Counted from the stretch's first letter, positions 45,534-55,248 are shown. The stretch: 64,000 nt of DNA from Minisyncoccota bacterium (GCA_031972855.1 DALYDY010000001.1:128048-192047), one strand, 5' to 3'. Translations and numbers: made by a program. The notes: a model not told the origin generated them from the letters alone.

Positions 45534-45944
45534 TTAACCTCCATATGAATTTGAAGAAAGTACCGTCAGGTCTTTATCTCCACCACTCAATTCCCAATCT
45601 CTATCCATTCTCCAACAGGATAATGTTACTTCATCCAAACGATGGATTTGAAGTAACTTGATAGCAGGAAAGTGAATCGCAATGTGAGAAAACCTTGATA
45701 CTTCTGCAAGCTCTATTGTTACACCCAGCGTATCAGCATTCTTTTCGATTTTGGTAATCCCTTTATACCAATCCCATACATAGACAACAGGAATGAAATC
45801 AGGGTCACTGGTTTCTACTGTCATATCCATATCGAGATTGAGCTGATTGATGTCAGTAGGGTTGATGTTATATTTTCTAACACCCAAATTTCTACCTAAT
45901 CGTGTAAGTGTTGCTACACCAAGATGGTTCAATGAAGTTTTCAT
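45534..45944 (-). CDS. Hypothetical protein (136 aa)
   Basis: ORF only. Confidence 0.35.
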   Translation of the reverse strand: MKTSLNHLGVATLTRLGRNLGVRKYNINPTDINQLNLDMDMTVETSDPDFIPVVYVWDWYKGITKIEKNADTLGVTIELAEVSRFSHIAIHFPAIKLLQIHRLDEVTLSCWRMDRDWELSGGDKDLTVLSSNSYGG

Positions 45945-46083
45945 TTTTGAAAGAATTTTACCGCAACGTGCGATGCCGAGATGATTTTTTAGCGTTGTGC
46001 CATTCTGTGAGTTTGTCCATTCTCACTATATCTGCCAATTAAGGAAGCAGAGGAACCTATGCCTGTAGTATAGCACATATACA

Positions 46084-46112
46084 TTGACAAGTCAAGCACA
46101 ATATGCTATGAT
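46084..46112 (+). promoter_or_regulatory. Consensus sigma70-type promoter upstream of the DGR target gene
   Basis: ttgaca-17 nt-tatgat, ~75 nt upstream of the start codon. Confidence 0.5.
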
Positions 46113-46189
46113 TTAACCAGAATACAGTAAACCTCTCGCCGTCTTCGGTATAACGAGTAGAGGCTTCGTTCATTTAAATCTTAATTGTC

Positions 46190-46828
46190 ATGGCAAAATT
46201 TAATGTCACAGGCGACCAACACTTCGGCACCACAGGACAGGTGCTCGAAATTCAACGCCAAATCCGTCTTAAGGGCGGAAGTCCAATCGATCCCGAGCTC
46301 GTTGCTCTTGCACTTCAGGACATCATCGAAGGTAAGTTCAACCGCAGTAAGAAAGAGAATGCAATTCTCAAACTACTGTCGAAAGGCGAATCCATCATCA
46401 TTGATGCATGTGATGGGACCGAAACATTGGCAACTGCCAAAGAAACATTCAAATCTGGTATAGATGGAGACTTCAAGAACTGGGGTACCAACAAGCCGGG
46501 CGTTTCTACTGAAGACACCGCAGTACAGGTTCACGAAATGGTGAAGGACGCTACCTTTGCACAAATGTTCGGCTCCCTCGGGACCGATCTGGACAAGCTG
46601 TGTCTGACACAAGCCCAGATAAAGAACTTTTGCAAAAAGCATCCCAACTGGTTACGCAAAGACGGATATGCGACTTTCTTCCTGTTCAAGGTTGAAGATC
46701 AATTCTTCGTTGCTTTCGTGTACGTGTACTCTGACGGCTTGAACGTCTTCGTGTTCCGGTTCGGGTACGACTTCGTTTGGTTTGCCGAGTGCTCCCTTCG
46801 TCTGGTGGTTCCGCAACTGACCGCTTAG
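46190..46828 (+). CDS. DGR target (variable) protein; C-terminal variable region encoded by the VR
   Basis: The last ~40 codons coincide with the VR (46700-46820). The VR differs from the TR only at TR adenines, mostly in AAC codons. Confidence 0.8.
   Translation: MAKFNVTGDQHFGTTGQVLEIQRQIRLKGGSPIDPELVALALQDIIEGKFNRSKKENAILKLLSKGESIIIDACDGTETLATAKETFKSGIDGDFKNWGTNKPGVSTEDTAVQVHEMVKDATFAQMFGSLGTDLDKLCLTQAQIKNFCKKHPNWLRKDGYATFFLFKVEDQFFVAFVYVYSDGLNVFVFRFGYDFVWFAECSLRLVVPQLTA
46700..46820 (+). repeat. DGR variable repeat (VR), 121 bp
   Basis: 121-bp alignment with the TR at 47131-47251: 19 mismatches, all at positions where the TR has A (AA->TT x5, AA->TG, A->T x5, A->G, A->C x2). Confidence 0.9.
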
Positions 46829-47130
46829 TACCTTGTTCTAATGACGCTTATTTTCTTAATCCCTTTGATTCTTCGGAATTGAAGGGATTTTTTTATTTTT
46901 GTATAATGATCGGGCAGTGGTGCAATATGTCGCGGTTACGGCTGCGGGATCACGATTGCTCAAAATCATCATCGAGAATTTTGCCGGCTACGGCTTTCAA
47001 AAGAGTGAAGATTTTTTTGAAATAAAAAAACTTTTCAGTTGGTGCGGTGTGCTTGCGGACTTCTAGGTCCCGAATAAAATACAGCACGGTCCCTGATGGA
47101 AACATGCTTGGATCGGCGGTGGTATAGACG

Positions 47131-47251
47131 GCACAGCGCACAATTCTTCGTTGCTAACGTGAACGTGAACTCTGACGGCTTGAACGTCAACGTGAACCGG
47201 TTCGAGAACGACAACGTTTGGAATGCCGAGAACTCCCATCGTCTGGTGGTT
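47131..47251 (+). repeat. DGR template repeat (TR), 121 bp
   Basis: Non-coding copy of the VR containing AAC-rich sequence (aacgtgaacgtgaac...); sits between the target gene and the RT. Confidence 0.9.
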
Positions 47252-47281
47252 CCGAAAATGATAGTTTTCTCCTCTCTGATT

Positions 47282-47626
47282 TTATTGTCCGAGAGGAGTT
47301 TTCTTTTCAAGCCCCTTTCTCCAACCGCCGAGCATTTTGCCTATCTCATCCAACTGTTCGGAGAGTATTGCATATTTGTCGTTCGGCAGGCATTTGTTCT
47401 CCCACGCCAACTGCAAAAAGAATTTCACCCCGTCGAGCTTTGATATTGAAATGGTGATACGGTTGATCTTCTGATCTCCCGACAGATAGAAGGAAACAAA
47501 AATGTTTTCCAACAGTTCTAAAAAATAGCAGTCTATCTTGCCACCGAGATTGTGGCGGTAGGTCTTGGGAAAATCGGCCAGTAACTTAAACCAGAGTGAG
47601 TACGATGCTTTTGCCTTTATGAGCAC
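47282..47626 (-). CDS. Accessory variability determinant (Avd)-like four-helix-bundle protein, encoded antisense to the TR and RT
   Basis: 114 aa; LWFKLLADFPKTYRHNLGGKIDCYFLELLENI... and C-terminal EIGKMLGGWRKGLEKK resemble the Avd family (compare the bAvd C-terminus VGRILGSWIARVNRKG). Confidence 0.6.
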   Translation of the reverse strand: MLIKAKASYSLWFKLLADFPKTYRHNLGGKIDCYFLELLENIFVSFYLSGDQKINRITISISKLDGVKFFLQLAWENKCLPNDKYAILSEQLDEIGKMLGGWRKGLEKKTPLGQ

Positions 47627-47680
47627 TGAAGGTGCTCGGGGGGGGTAGATTAATTGACATAGTAATTTTAATTAATATTT

Positions 47681-48697
47681 ATGAAAAAATTCGGTCGCTC
47701 TTACCAGAATATCATAACAGTCGAAAATTTGCTCCGCGCGTGGCAGGAATTTTTGTCTGGGAAAAAGAACCGCATCGATGTCGCCGCGTTCCAGAATCGG
47801 CTCATGAATAATATCTGCGATCTGCATCAGGAGCTTGCCGACAAGACCTACCGGCATGGTGCGTATCACGCATTCAACATTTCCGATCCGAAGCCGAGGA
47901 ACATTCACAAGGCTACGGTCCGGGACCGTCTGTTGCACCACTTACTTCACGCCGAAATGTATCCGCACTTCGATAAGAAATTCATTCACGACTCGTATTC
48001 CTGTCGCATCGGCAAAGGTACGCACAAAGCGATGGACCGCTTTCAGGATTTTGGCCGTATCGTTTCCAAAAACGACACTCGCGTATGTTGGGTTCTGAAA
48101 TGCGACATCAGAAAATTCTTTGCAAACATAGACCACGTGATTTTGAAAGATATCATTGCACGGCACATTGAAGATCGCGACTTGTTGGACTTGCTCGGGC
48201 ATATCATCGATAGTTTTTCGACACAGGGCAGGACGGATGTCGGTCTGCCACTCGGCAATCTCACCAGTCAGCTCTTGGTCAATGTCTACATGAACGAGTT
48301 CGATCATTTCATGAAGCGGACGCTCAAAGTTACCCATTACATTCGCTACGCTGATGACTTTGCCATTCTCTCCGAGGATCGGGACTATCTGGCGGACCTT
48401 ATTCCACAAATAGCCGAGTTTCTGGGGGATAGGCTGAAATTGTCCTTGCATCCCGACAAAGTGTTTGTGAAGACGCTTGGCTCGGGCGTTGATTTCTTGG
48501 GGTGGGTTCATTTCCCGCACCATCGGGTTTTGCGTACGGCCACGAAACGGCGGATGTTTGCCAATCCGGGCATTTACGCGGCCGACGAAGCGGTGGTGAA
48601 CTCATATCGCGGGTTGGTTTCTCATGGCAACGGGTGGAAGTTGGTTCGCACGATCGAGGCGGTTTCGGCGAAGGTGTCGTCGTCCGAAATCGGCTGA
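47681..48697 (+). CDS. DGR-type reverse transcriptase
   Basis: RT motifs including YADD (IRYADDFAILS) and the DGR-typical LPLGNLTSQ motif (SQ rather than the group II SP); 338 aa; immediately downstream of TR/avd. Confidence 0.85.
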   Translation: MKKFGRSYQNIITVENLLRAWQEFLSGKKNRIDVAAFQNRLMNNICDLHQELADKTYRHGAYHAFNISDPKPRNIHKATVRDRLLHHLLHAEMYPHFDKKFIHDSYSCRIGKGTHKAMDRFQDFGRIVSKNDTRVCWVLKCDIRKFFANIDHVILKDIIARHIEDRDLLDLLGHIIDSFSTQGRTDVGLPLGNLTSQLLVNVYMNEFDHFMKRTLKVTHYIRYADDFAILSEDRDYLADLIPQIAEFLGDRLKLSLHPDKVFVKTLGSGVDFLGWVHFPHHRVLRTATKRRMFANPGIYAADEAVVNSYRGLVSHGNGWKLVRTIEAVSAKVSSSEIG

Positions 48698-48888
48698 ACG
48701 TGGCCGTTGAAATTCTGGAGGGTGACAAACCCTCGGATGCCGTTTGAAGAGCTCACACAGGGCAAAATACGCGCGAATTATGCCAACTGTAATTCTTTCT
48801 TCTTGTCGGAAATCAGCCTTAGTTTCTCTCGTAAAATTTGCATATACCCCTCGTCGAGAAGTATAGTTAGAAGGTCATTCTGACTCTG

Positions 48889-48932
48889 CCCCAAAAGAGA
48901 AAAAGCCCATAAGGGCTTTTTCTCTTTTGGGG
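48889..48932. terminator. Long perfect palindrome (hairpin terminator) at the right end of the GC-rich island
   Basis: ccccaaaagagaaaaagccc-ataa-gggctttttctcttttgggg. Confidence 0.6.
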
Positions 48933-48974
48933 GATTAAGCAAGTGAACTACTTCACTTGCGTCTGGGAATCGAA
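48929..48974 (-). repeat. tRNA-His 3'-end-like fragment (inverted relative to tRNA-His) interrupted by a 25-nt hairpin insertion
   Basis: Plus strand gggggatta + agcaagtgaactacttcacttgcgt + ctgggaatcgaa. The flanks equal the reverse complement of tRNA-His 3' end GGGGGATTACTGGGAATCGAA (21/21). The insertion is a homologue of the 25-nt insertion at 25169-25193. Confidence 0.7.
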
Positions 48975-49122
48975 AAGCTTTTGCTTATTTATGAAAATCT
49001 TTGATTTGAATAAATGCAAAAGGTGTACTGCTCCTGTAAGGAGAGATTCCTATTAATCTAAAAATTATTTATATTGACTTATAAAAAAATAAATAGTATA
49101 TTACGATAAATAATTTTAATTT

Positions 49123-49386
49123 ATGAATAAAATAGAATCAATATCTTCTTTTGCAGAAGGTCAAAAAGTCACAGTAAATCGTTTGGAAAAAGATAGTTAT
49201 ACTGATGAAGGTGAAATAATATCAGTTTCAGGCGAAAGGCTTAAGGTAAAAATTACCAAGTCAGATAAGGCAGAAATTGAAGGTAAAATCATCGAGCTTG
49301 GTTACAGAAATGGAATTTGGAACTATATCAACGAAGGTGGAACCTATAGTAGTCGCGATGAAGGCTATAATATAGTCAAAATCTAA
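49123..49386 (+). CDS. Hypothetical protein (87 aa)
   Basis: ORF only. Confidence 0.35.
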   Translation: MNKIESISSFAEGQKVTVNRLEKDSYTDEGEIISVSGERLKVKITKSDKAEIEGKIIELGYRNGIWNYINEGGTYSSRDEGYNIVKI

Positions 49387-49446
49387 AAAAAGTATTATTT
49401 AAAATATAATGCTTTTTATTTTGTTTTTGTTGTTATAATAAAACAC

Positions 49447-50121
49447 ATGTACAACAGACTAAATCATCTACTAAAATCTTATACAACACACTTTAAACAA
49501 AAAGAGTTTATATTATCTTTTTTGATTTCTTTGGTTATGATGTGTGTTGCTCTTGTTGTTAATTTTTATGCCGGAACTTATGCTACCTTGAATGCTAGTA
49601 ATTCTGTAACAGATATTATTTTGAATAATATTCGCGCTTTTGCTGTTGATGATTTGTTTGCTGATGGTACGACTATATTTGCAGTATTTTCTTTGATAAT
49701 ATGTCTGCTCTATATAAAAAGATTGCCATTTATTTTTAAATCTCTAAGTCTTTTTATTCTGGTTCGTTCTATTTTTATTAATCTTACAAATATAGGCCCT
49801 TTTCCAAGTCAGGTAATTATTTCCCCAGAAGATATAATAAGTAAGTTTTCTTTTGCTGGAGACCTTTTCTTTTCAGGCCACACAGGTATACCATTTTTGT
49901 TAGCATTAATATTTTGGGATGTAAAAATACTTAGATATACATTTCTTGGAGGTTCATTCTTTTTTGCAACCATTGTATTACTCGGGCATCTTCATTATTC
50001 TATAGATGTGTTGTCCGCTTTCTTTATTACATACACTATATATCACATCGCAAAGATTGTCTTCAAAAAGGATTTGAATTTATTTGAAAAAGATATTTAT
50101 ATAGAAGTGTTTGAGAAATAA
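49447..50121 (+). CDS. PAP2-superfamily-like membrane protein
   Basis: SGHTG and HYSIDV motifs (PAP2 motifs 2/3-like) in a 6-TM protein. Confidence 0.45.
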   Translation: MYNRLNHLLKSYTTHFKQKEFILSFLISLVMMCVALVVNFYAGTYATLNASNSVTDIILNNIRAFAVDDLFADGTTIFAVFSLIICLLYIKRLPFIFKSLSLFILVRSIFINLTNIGPFPSQVIISPEDIISKFSFAGDLFFSGHTGIPFLLALIFWDVKILRYTFLGGSFFFATIVLLGHLHYSIDVLSAFFITYTIYHIAKIVFKKDLNLFEKDIYIEVFEK

Positions 50122-50642
50122 TGGTATATTTAAAAAATATGGAAAATTTAAACGAAGACGAAAATTCAAAAATAGAAAAACAGGAAGCTAAACCCACTTT
50201 AGAAGAAAATAATACTTCTTTTGTTGTGAAAGATAACAAAACAGAAAATCATAAAGAAGTGGAAAATAAAATAGGAGAAATAAAAGATGATTTAGAAAAA
50301 GCCTATAATGGTGAAAATACTATTGAAAGTGAAAAAATAGAAAAAGATTTTGTGGTAGAAATGCTCAAGAAAAATGGACTCGAAGATCTTGAGACTAAGA
50401 AATTATTTAATGATTATCTTGATCAACAGCAAGAATTGAGAGATAGTAATGAAGACATAGATGCATCGCAGATATTCAATATTCGTCACTCTATGGATAT
50501 GACAGATTTTTATATTGCTATAGGTGATAATGAAGGTGCTCTTGAAAACATTAATGAGGCTCTGGACCAAGCAGAACACTACAAGTTGGAGGATCTAGTC
50601 TTGGAGATAAAAAATAAAAGAAAAGAATTATTAAAAAATTAA
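50121..50642 (+). CDS. Hypothetical acidic protein (173 aa)
   Basis: ORF only, E/D/K-rich. Confidence 0.35.
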   Translation: MVYLKNMENLNEDENSKIEKQEAKPTLEENNTSFVVKDNKTENHKEVENKIGEIKDDLEKAYNGENTIESEKIEKDFVVEMLKKNGLEDLETKKLFNDYLDQQQELRDSNEDIDASQIFNIRHSMDMTDFYIAIGDNEGALENINEALDQAEHYKLEDLVLEIKNKRKELLKN

Positions 50643-50718
50643 TAAAAATAAAAAAGTATCATTAATTAATGACACTTTTTTATTTAGGTATATACTATAT
50701 CTGTAACCTTATAATTTT

Positions 50719-51234
50719 ATGCAATACAATATACATCCAATTTTTGTTCATTTCCCTATAGCTTTTCTAATGCTTTATTCGTTAATCAAGATACTCCCGC
50801 TTCAAAAATGGATATCGAGTATTTCTTTAAAAGTTGTAGAAAGAATTCTTCTTACTGCTGGTATATTGGGTGGACTTCTCGCTCTTCAGACAGGTGAAAT
50901 TGCTGAAAATCTAACCAATCCAAATCATGATATTTTAGAAATGCATGAATTTTTTGCTTCTCTATCTGTAAGGGTTTATGGTGTGATATTGCTTGGTGAG
51001 CTAATGGTTATTTTTGGATCTTTTGTAAATAGTAAAATTCAAAATAAAACAGTTTTGGATATATATAAAACTCTTGTTACTCTTCTTACAAATAAATATT
51101 TAGTAATTATTCTTGCTGTTGTTGGTGTTGTTGCGATAGCTCTAACAGGTCTTCTTGGTGGAGTTATGGTTTATGGAACATCGGCAGATCCTTTAGCGGA
51201 ACCGATACTCTCATTATTAGGAATTAATTTTTAA
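50719..51234 (+). CDS. Hypothetical membrane protein (4 TM)
   Basis: Hydrophobic ORF. Confidence 0.4.
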   Translation: MQYNIHPIFVHFPIAFLMLYSLIKILPLQKWISSISLKVVERILLTAGILGGLLALQTGEIAENLTNPNHDILEMHEFFASLSVRVYGVILLGELMVIFGSFVNSKIQNKTVLDIYKTLVTLLTNKYLVIILAVVGVVAIALTGLLGGVMVYGTSADPLAEPILSLLGINF

Positions 51235-51240
51235 AAAAAT

Positions 51241-51639
51241 ATGAAAAAAGGATATAAAGAAAATATTGAACAAAAAACATTAGAGAACACAAATTTTAGA
51301 CACGTTTTGTATACAGGAGAAGAGATGCAATTAGTTTTAATGAGTCTTCTTCCTGGAGAAGATATTGGTGAAGAAGTTCACAATGAAAACGATCAATTCT
51401 TTCGTTTCGAAGCTGGTTTTGGAAAGGTTGTAATTAATGACAATGAATATGAAGCAGTTGATGGTGATGTTGTGATAGTTCCAAAAGGTGCAAAACATAA
51501 TGTTATAAATACTGGAAGTATTGCTTTGCAACTCTATACAATATATTGCCCAGCTCACCACAAAGATGGAATAATTAGAGAAACAAAACAAGATGCGATG
51601 GATAATGAGGAAGAGTTTGATGGAACAACAACAGAATAA
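51241..51639 (+). CDS. Cupin-domain protein
   Basis: VVIVPKGAKHNVINTG cupin motif; 132 aa. Confidence 0.5.
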   Translation: MKKGYKENIEQKTLENTNFRHVLYTGEEMQLVLMSLLPGEDIGEEVHNENDQFFRFEAGFGKVVINDNEYEAVDGDVVIVPKGAKHNVINTGSIALQLYTIYCPAHHKDGIIRETKQDAMDNEEEFDGTTTE

Positions 51640-52024
51640 AGCTTTCACGATGCAGAGCATTGAGACACGGAACCTTTGTTCTGTCTTCACTCGGACGTTG
51701 TAAAAGTTAGAAAACTTTTACACGCTCTTCGTTTGCCAGAATAAAATAAAGCCCTTTAGGGGCTTTTTAGTTGTGAGACATTAGATAGCAGAATCTATCG
51801 TATCTTGCTTTTTCTATGGTCCCGCATTCAAATAATTCATTAAATATTTTCAACGCTTCTTTTAGGGAATTAAATTCAAAACTTTCATATTCACCCTTTT
51901 TGATGTACCAAGCCAATTTACAATGAGTAGGTACTTGTAATAATTCTGCCTCCATAATTAAAAAGAATTTATTATATATATTGTACGTTTTTTATTTTAT
52001 AAAAACAAATGGTATATTTGGATT

Positions 52025-52594
52025 ATGAAAGAAGTAATAATCATACATGGTTGGGATGGAAGTCCCAATGAACCACTACATCAATATTTGAAAGGTCTTT
52101 TTGAAAAAGAAGGTTTCAATGTAAAAATCCCAAGTATGCCTCATCCAGAAACTCCAAATATAGAAGATTGGGTTTCTACTATAAAAGAAAATGTAAATAA
52201 TCCAGAGAATACTATTTTTGTTGGCCATTCTGTTGGATGTCAGGCTGTACTTCGCTTTGTTGAAACATTAGATTTAATTGTTCCGAGAATTATTTTGTTT
52301 GCTCCTTGGATGGAATTAGATGAACAGACTATAGAAGATGAAGGGGAAGAAGTAGTAGAAATTGCACGTCCATGGATGGAAACACCTATTGATTTTGAAA
52401 AAATAAAATCAAATATAAAAAGTGGAATTGCAATTTTTTCTGACAACGATATTTATGTTCCAATTTTTCAAAAAGAGTTTTTTGAAAATAAATTAAATAT
52501 AGAAACTCTAATTGAACACAATCAAGGACATTTCGATCCTTCAAGTGGATTCACAGAATTACAAACAGACTTTGATATTATACTAGGAAAATAA
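52025..52594 (+). CDS. Alpha/beta-hydrolase-fold serine hydrolase (YdeN/RBBP9-like)
   Basis: GHSVG nucleophile elbow, ~190 aa with the Ser/Asp/His spacing of the Ser_hydrolase family. Confidence 0.6.
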   Translation: MKEVIIIHGWDGSPNEPLHQYLKGLFEKEGFNVKIPSMPHPETPNIEDWVSTIKENVNNPENTIFVGHSVGCQAVLRFVETLDLIVPRIILFAPWMELDEQTIEDEGEEVVEIARPWMETPIDFEKIKSNIKSGIAIFSDNDIYVPIFQKEFFENKLNIETLIEHNQGHFDPSSGFTELQTDFDIILGK

Positions 52595-52596
52595 AT

Positions 52597-52620
52597 AAAA
52601 CTCCCCGTAAGGGGAGTTTT
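52597..52620. terminator. Bidirectional terminator
   Basis: aaaactcccc-gtaa-ggggagtttt. Confidence 0.75.
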
Positions 52621-52635
52621 ATTTATTTGTGAATA

Positions 52636-52953
52636 TTATTCACGTGGGCGGTCTTCTTTTGGACGAGCGATTGAAACGCGGATTCCGCGTCCATCGAGCT
52701 CTTTTCCATCAAGTTCTGAAATTGCACGTTCTGCTTCTTCAGCTGAACTCATTTCAACGAACCCGAAGCCTTTTGAGCGACCTGTCATTTTATCCATAAT
52801 CACAGCTGCAGATTCTACAGTTCCGATTGTTTGGAAGAATGCACGTAGTGAATCATCTGTGGTTTTCCACGCGAGTGATCCAATGTAAAGTTTTTTCTCC
52901 ATAGGTATATGTTCTAGTTTATCACTTTCGACCGTATCCAAAACCAACAGCAC
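52636..52953 (-). CDS. RNA-binding protein with RRM domain (glycine/arginine-rich tail)
   Basis: RNP-2 LYIGSL and RNP-1 KGFGFVEM motifs. Confidence 0.85.
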   Translation of the reverse strand: MLLVLDTVESDKLEHIPMEKKLYIGSLAWKTTDDSLRAFFQTIGTVESAAVIMDKMTGRSKGFGFVEMSSAEEAERAISELDGKELDGRGIRVSIARPKEDRPRE

Positions 52954-53097
52954 CTATAGAGAAAACTCGATACGAAGCAGTAGCAGAAGATACTCTATAA
53001 GTAAAGCACACTTACAGACAAAAAGGAAGGGGTATAAATTAAGTTATGTGTTATATAATTGCTGTTATTAGTAGTTTTTTAATTTTTTCTGTATTAT

Positions 53098-53475
53098 ATG
53101 CTGTCATTTATAGGTATTTTACTTCTTGCAACTATAGCTTCTGTTATTGTTGGTATGATTTGGTACACCCCATTTGCTTTTGGTTCTATTTGGATGCGCC
53201 TTTCTGGTGCTTCTATGGAAGAAGGATCAAACATTAAAGCAATGGCTTTAGGTATTTTGATTAGAATTCTTGCAACTTTTGGTTTGTTTGTATTTACTGT
53301 TGCTACAGGTGCAAATCCTTTGTTTGTTGCTGGTATGTTGTGGATATCTGTTATTGTTCCTGGATATCTATCTTCAATGCTTTATAACAAAATGAATTGG
53401 AGATTAGCCTTGATTCATTCTGGGTATGATATTATTTCTCTAGTTGCTGGTGCTTTGGTTTTGATGTATTTGTAA
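53098..53475 (+). CDS. Hypothetical membrane protein (DUF1761-like)
   Basis: 4 TM helices, 125 aa. Confidence 0.4.
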   Translation: MLSFIGILLLATIASVIVGMIWYTPFAFGSIWMRLSGASMEEGSNIKAMALGILIRILATFGLFVFTVATGANPLFVAGMLWISVIVPGYLSSMLYNKMNWRLALIHSGYDIISLVAGALVLMYL

Positions 53476-53828
53476 AATATAAAACAACCAATAAAAAAAT
53501 CTCTCACTAGTGAGAGATTTTTTTATTGGTTGTTTTTAAAGTCTAAACAAGTCTTTTAATAGTGTATTCCAGCTTTTATTAAAGTTTGTAACTATTAAGT
53601 AAGAAGGAATAAAAAATATAGCCAAAATAAAAAATAACAACAATTTAAGAGTTTTCTCAATTATTGTAAAAATAACTCCAGAGATATCTTTACTACTTCC
53701 TTTTGTTCCTTCCCAAAGTTCTTTAAAAAAGTCTTCCATATATAAAGAATATACAATGTATAGTCCAAAAATGCTAGTCTAGTAGTATTTTTATAAAAGA
53801 ATATAATTAAATAAAACTAAATAAAAAA

Positions 53829-54485
53829 ATGAAAACAAAGGAAGAATTAAGAAGAAGATTCTTCTTAAAAGAAGAGCAGTGGCAAGAATTGACTATGGAA
53901 TATTACTATAGAGAATCAGTTTATATTGATTTTTATTATGACGATTCAATTTTTTCCTTGTCTAGACAAAATCTATGGCTTCGTAAAAGATTTGATCAAA
54001 AATCAAATTTTGTTTATCAATTGATAAAGTTGGATAATTCTGGAAATTTAGATTCATATGAAAAATATGATGACTTAGAAAAAATTAAGGAAATGTGCAA
54101 TATTATTAATTTTGATGAAATTGATTCTAAATTAAAAACATTTTGTGAACTAAATGTTCATAAAGAAACAATTTGTATTCCTCACATCACAGAAGGACTT
54201 GGGCATATTGGATTTAAAGTTACTAAGAATTTTGTAACAAGCCCTAATGATTCTTCATGGTCCTACACTGTTTATGATTTAAAATATATTAAAGGTGTTG
54301 AAGGTCTTTCTCTTCCTGAAAAAACACGCGTTATTGATTTAATGTGTAAAGAATCAAAATGGGATAATACATATATGTATGGTAGGGTTATTGAATATTT
54401 AAGAAATTTTTCTCCAGACCATTTTACAAAATTAGTTAATAATTTTGTTTGCCCTCCTTTTCCTGAAAATATTGCCGTTATTTAA
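53829..54485 (+). CDS. Hypothetical protein (218 aa)
   Basis: ORF only. Confidence 0.4.
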   Translation: MKTKEELRRRFFLKEEQWQELTMEYYYRESVYIDFYYDDSIFSLSRQNLWLRKRFDQKSNFVYQLIKLDNSGNLDSYEKYDDLEKIKEMCNIINFDEIDSKLKTFCELNVHKETICIPHITEGLGHIGFKVTKNFVTSPNDSSWSYTVYDLKYIKGVEGLSLPEKTRVIDLMCKESKWDNTYMYGRVIEYLRNFSPDHFTKLVNNFVCPPFPENIAVI

Positions 54486-54553
54486 GCCCCCTTATAGGAG
54501 GCTTTTCTTTTTGTGTTACAATAAGTTCCTACTAGAATAATTAAATAAAAAAT

Positions 54554-55171
54554 ATGTCATTTATAAAAAATCTTTCATGGCGCTATGCAACAAAAATGTT
54601 TGATTCAAACAAAAAAGTTGAAAGTGCTCATGTAGAAAAAATATTAGAAGCCGTAAGACTTGCTCCAACATCTTTTGGTCTACAACCATTCCATGCGACC
54701 GTTGTAGAAAATCAAGAACTCAAAGATAAGCTTCAAGGTTTTGCTTGGAATCAAGCTCAAATTGGCTCATCTTCACAAGTACTTGTTTTTTCATATAGAA
54801 CAGATATCTTAGCTAGAATTAATACTTACTTTGAAATGGTTTCTGGAGGTAGTGAAGAGGTTAGAAAAGGAATGGGAGAATACGAAACAATGATGAAAAA
54901 TTTTGCAGAAGGTATGTCAGAAGAAAAAATTTCTTCATGGGCTGCAAAACAAGCATACATTGCTCTTGGATTTGCTCTTGCTACTTGTGCGGAGCTTGAG
55001 ATAGACTCTTGTCCTATGGAAGGATTTGATCCTATTGCTTTTAAAGAAGCTTTAGAACTTCCAGAAAATATAACCCCTGTAGCACTTCTTCCAATTGGTT
55101 ACAGATCAGAGAGTGATATTGTACGTGCTAAAGTTCGTTTTCCAGAAACTGATCTATTTTCAAATAAATAA
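54554..55171 (+). CDS. NAD(P)H nitroreductase family protein
   Basis: VRLAPTSFGLQPFHATVV and C-terminal nitroreductase-fold motifs. Confidence 0.7.
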   Translation: MSFIKNLSWRYATKMFDSNKKVESAHVEKILEAVRLAPTSFGLQPFHATVVENQELKDKLQGFAWNQAQIGSSSQVLVFSYRTDILARINTYFEMVSGGSEEVRKGMGEYETMMKNFAEGMSEEKISSWAAKQAYIALGFALATCAELEIDSCPMEGFDPIAFKEALELPENITPVALLPIGYRSESDIVRAKVRFPETDLFSNK

Positions 55172-55248
55172 ACATAAAAATAAAAAACTGGATTTAATCC
55201 AGTTTTTTATTTTTATGTTAAGAATGGTTTTGTTATACTAGATATATT

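Larger units (their letters stand above)
35690..48985. mobile_element. Putative ~13.3-kb integrated element inserted next to tRNA-His (serine recombinase, helicase/ATPase operon with CDPS-like fusion, DGR)
   Basis: Abrupt rise in GC content relative to the AT-rich flanks, beginning right after tRNA-His and ending near 48.95 kb. A large serine recombinase gene abuts and overlaps the tRNA 3' end. A tRNA-His 3'-end-like fragment with a hairpin insertion lies at the far boundary (48929-48974, inverted). The cargo has a mobile-element flavour (DGR, Pif1 helicase). Confidence 0.6.

Noticed and set aside
46700-47251. Possible CRISPR array (two ~121-bp near-identical repeats)
   Set aside because: There are only two copies, they are 121 bp long, and they differ exclusively at adenines next to an RT: this is a DGR VR/TR pair. 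No short regularly spaced repeats occur anywhere in the window, and there are no cas genes.
47096-47457. Plus-strand ORFs 47096..47443 and 47218..47457 covering the TR
   Set aside because: The 'protein' (…FFVANVNVNSDGLNVNVNRFENDNVWNAENSH…) is simply the DGR template repeat read in the VR frame. The TR is non-coding; the real gene here is avd on the minus strand.
47672-48728. Minus-strand ORFs overlapping the RT gene (47672..47941, 47942..48523, 48043..48264, 48399..48728)
   Set aside because: Antisense to a motif-supported reverse transcriptase; GC-rich antisense frames.
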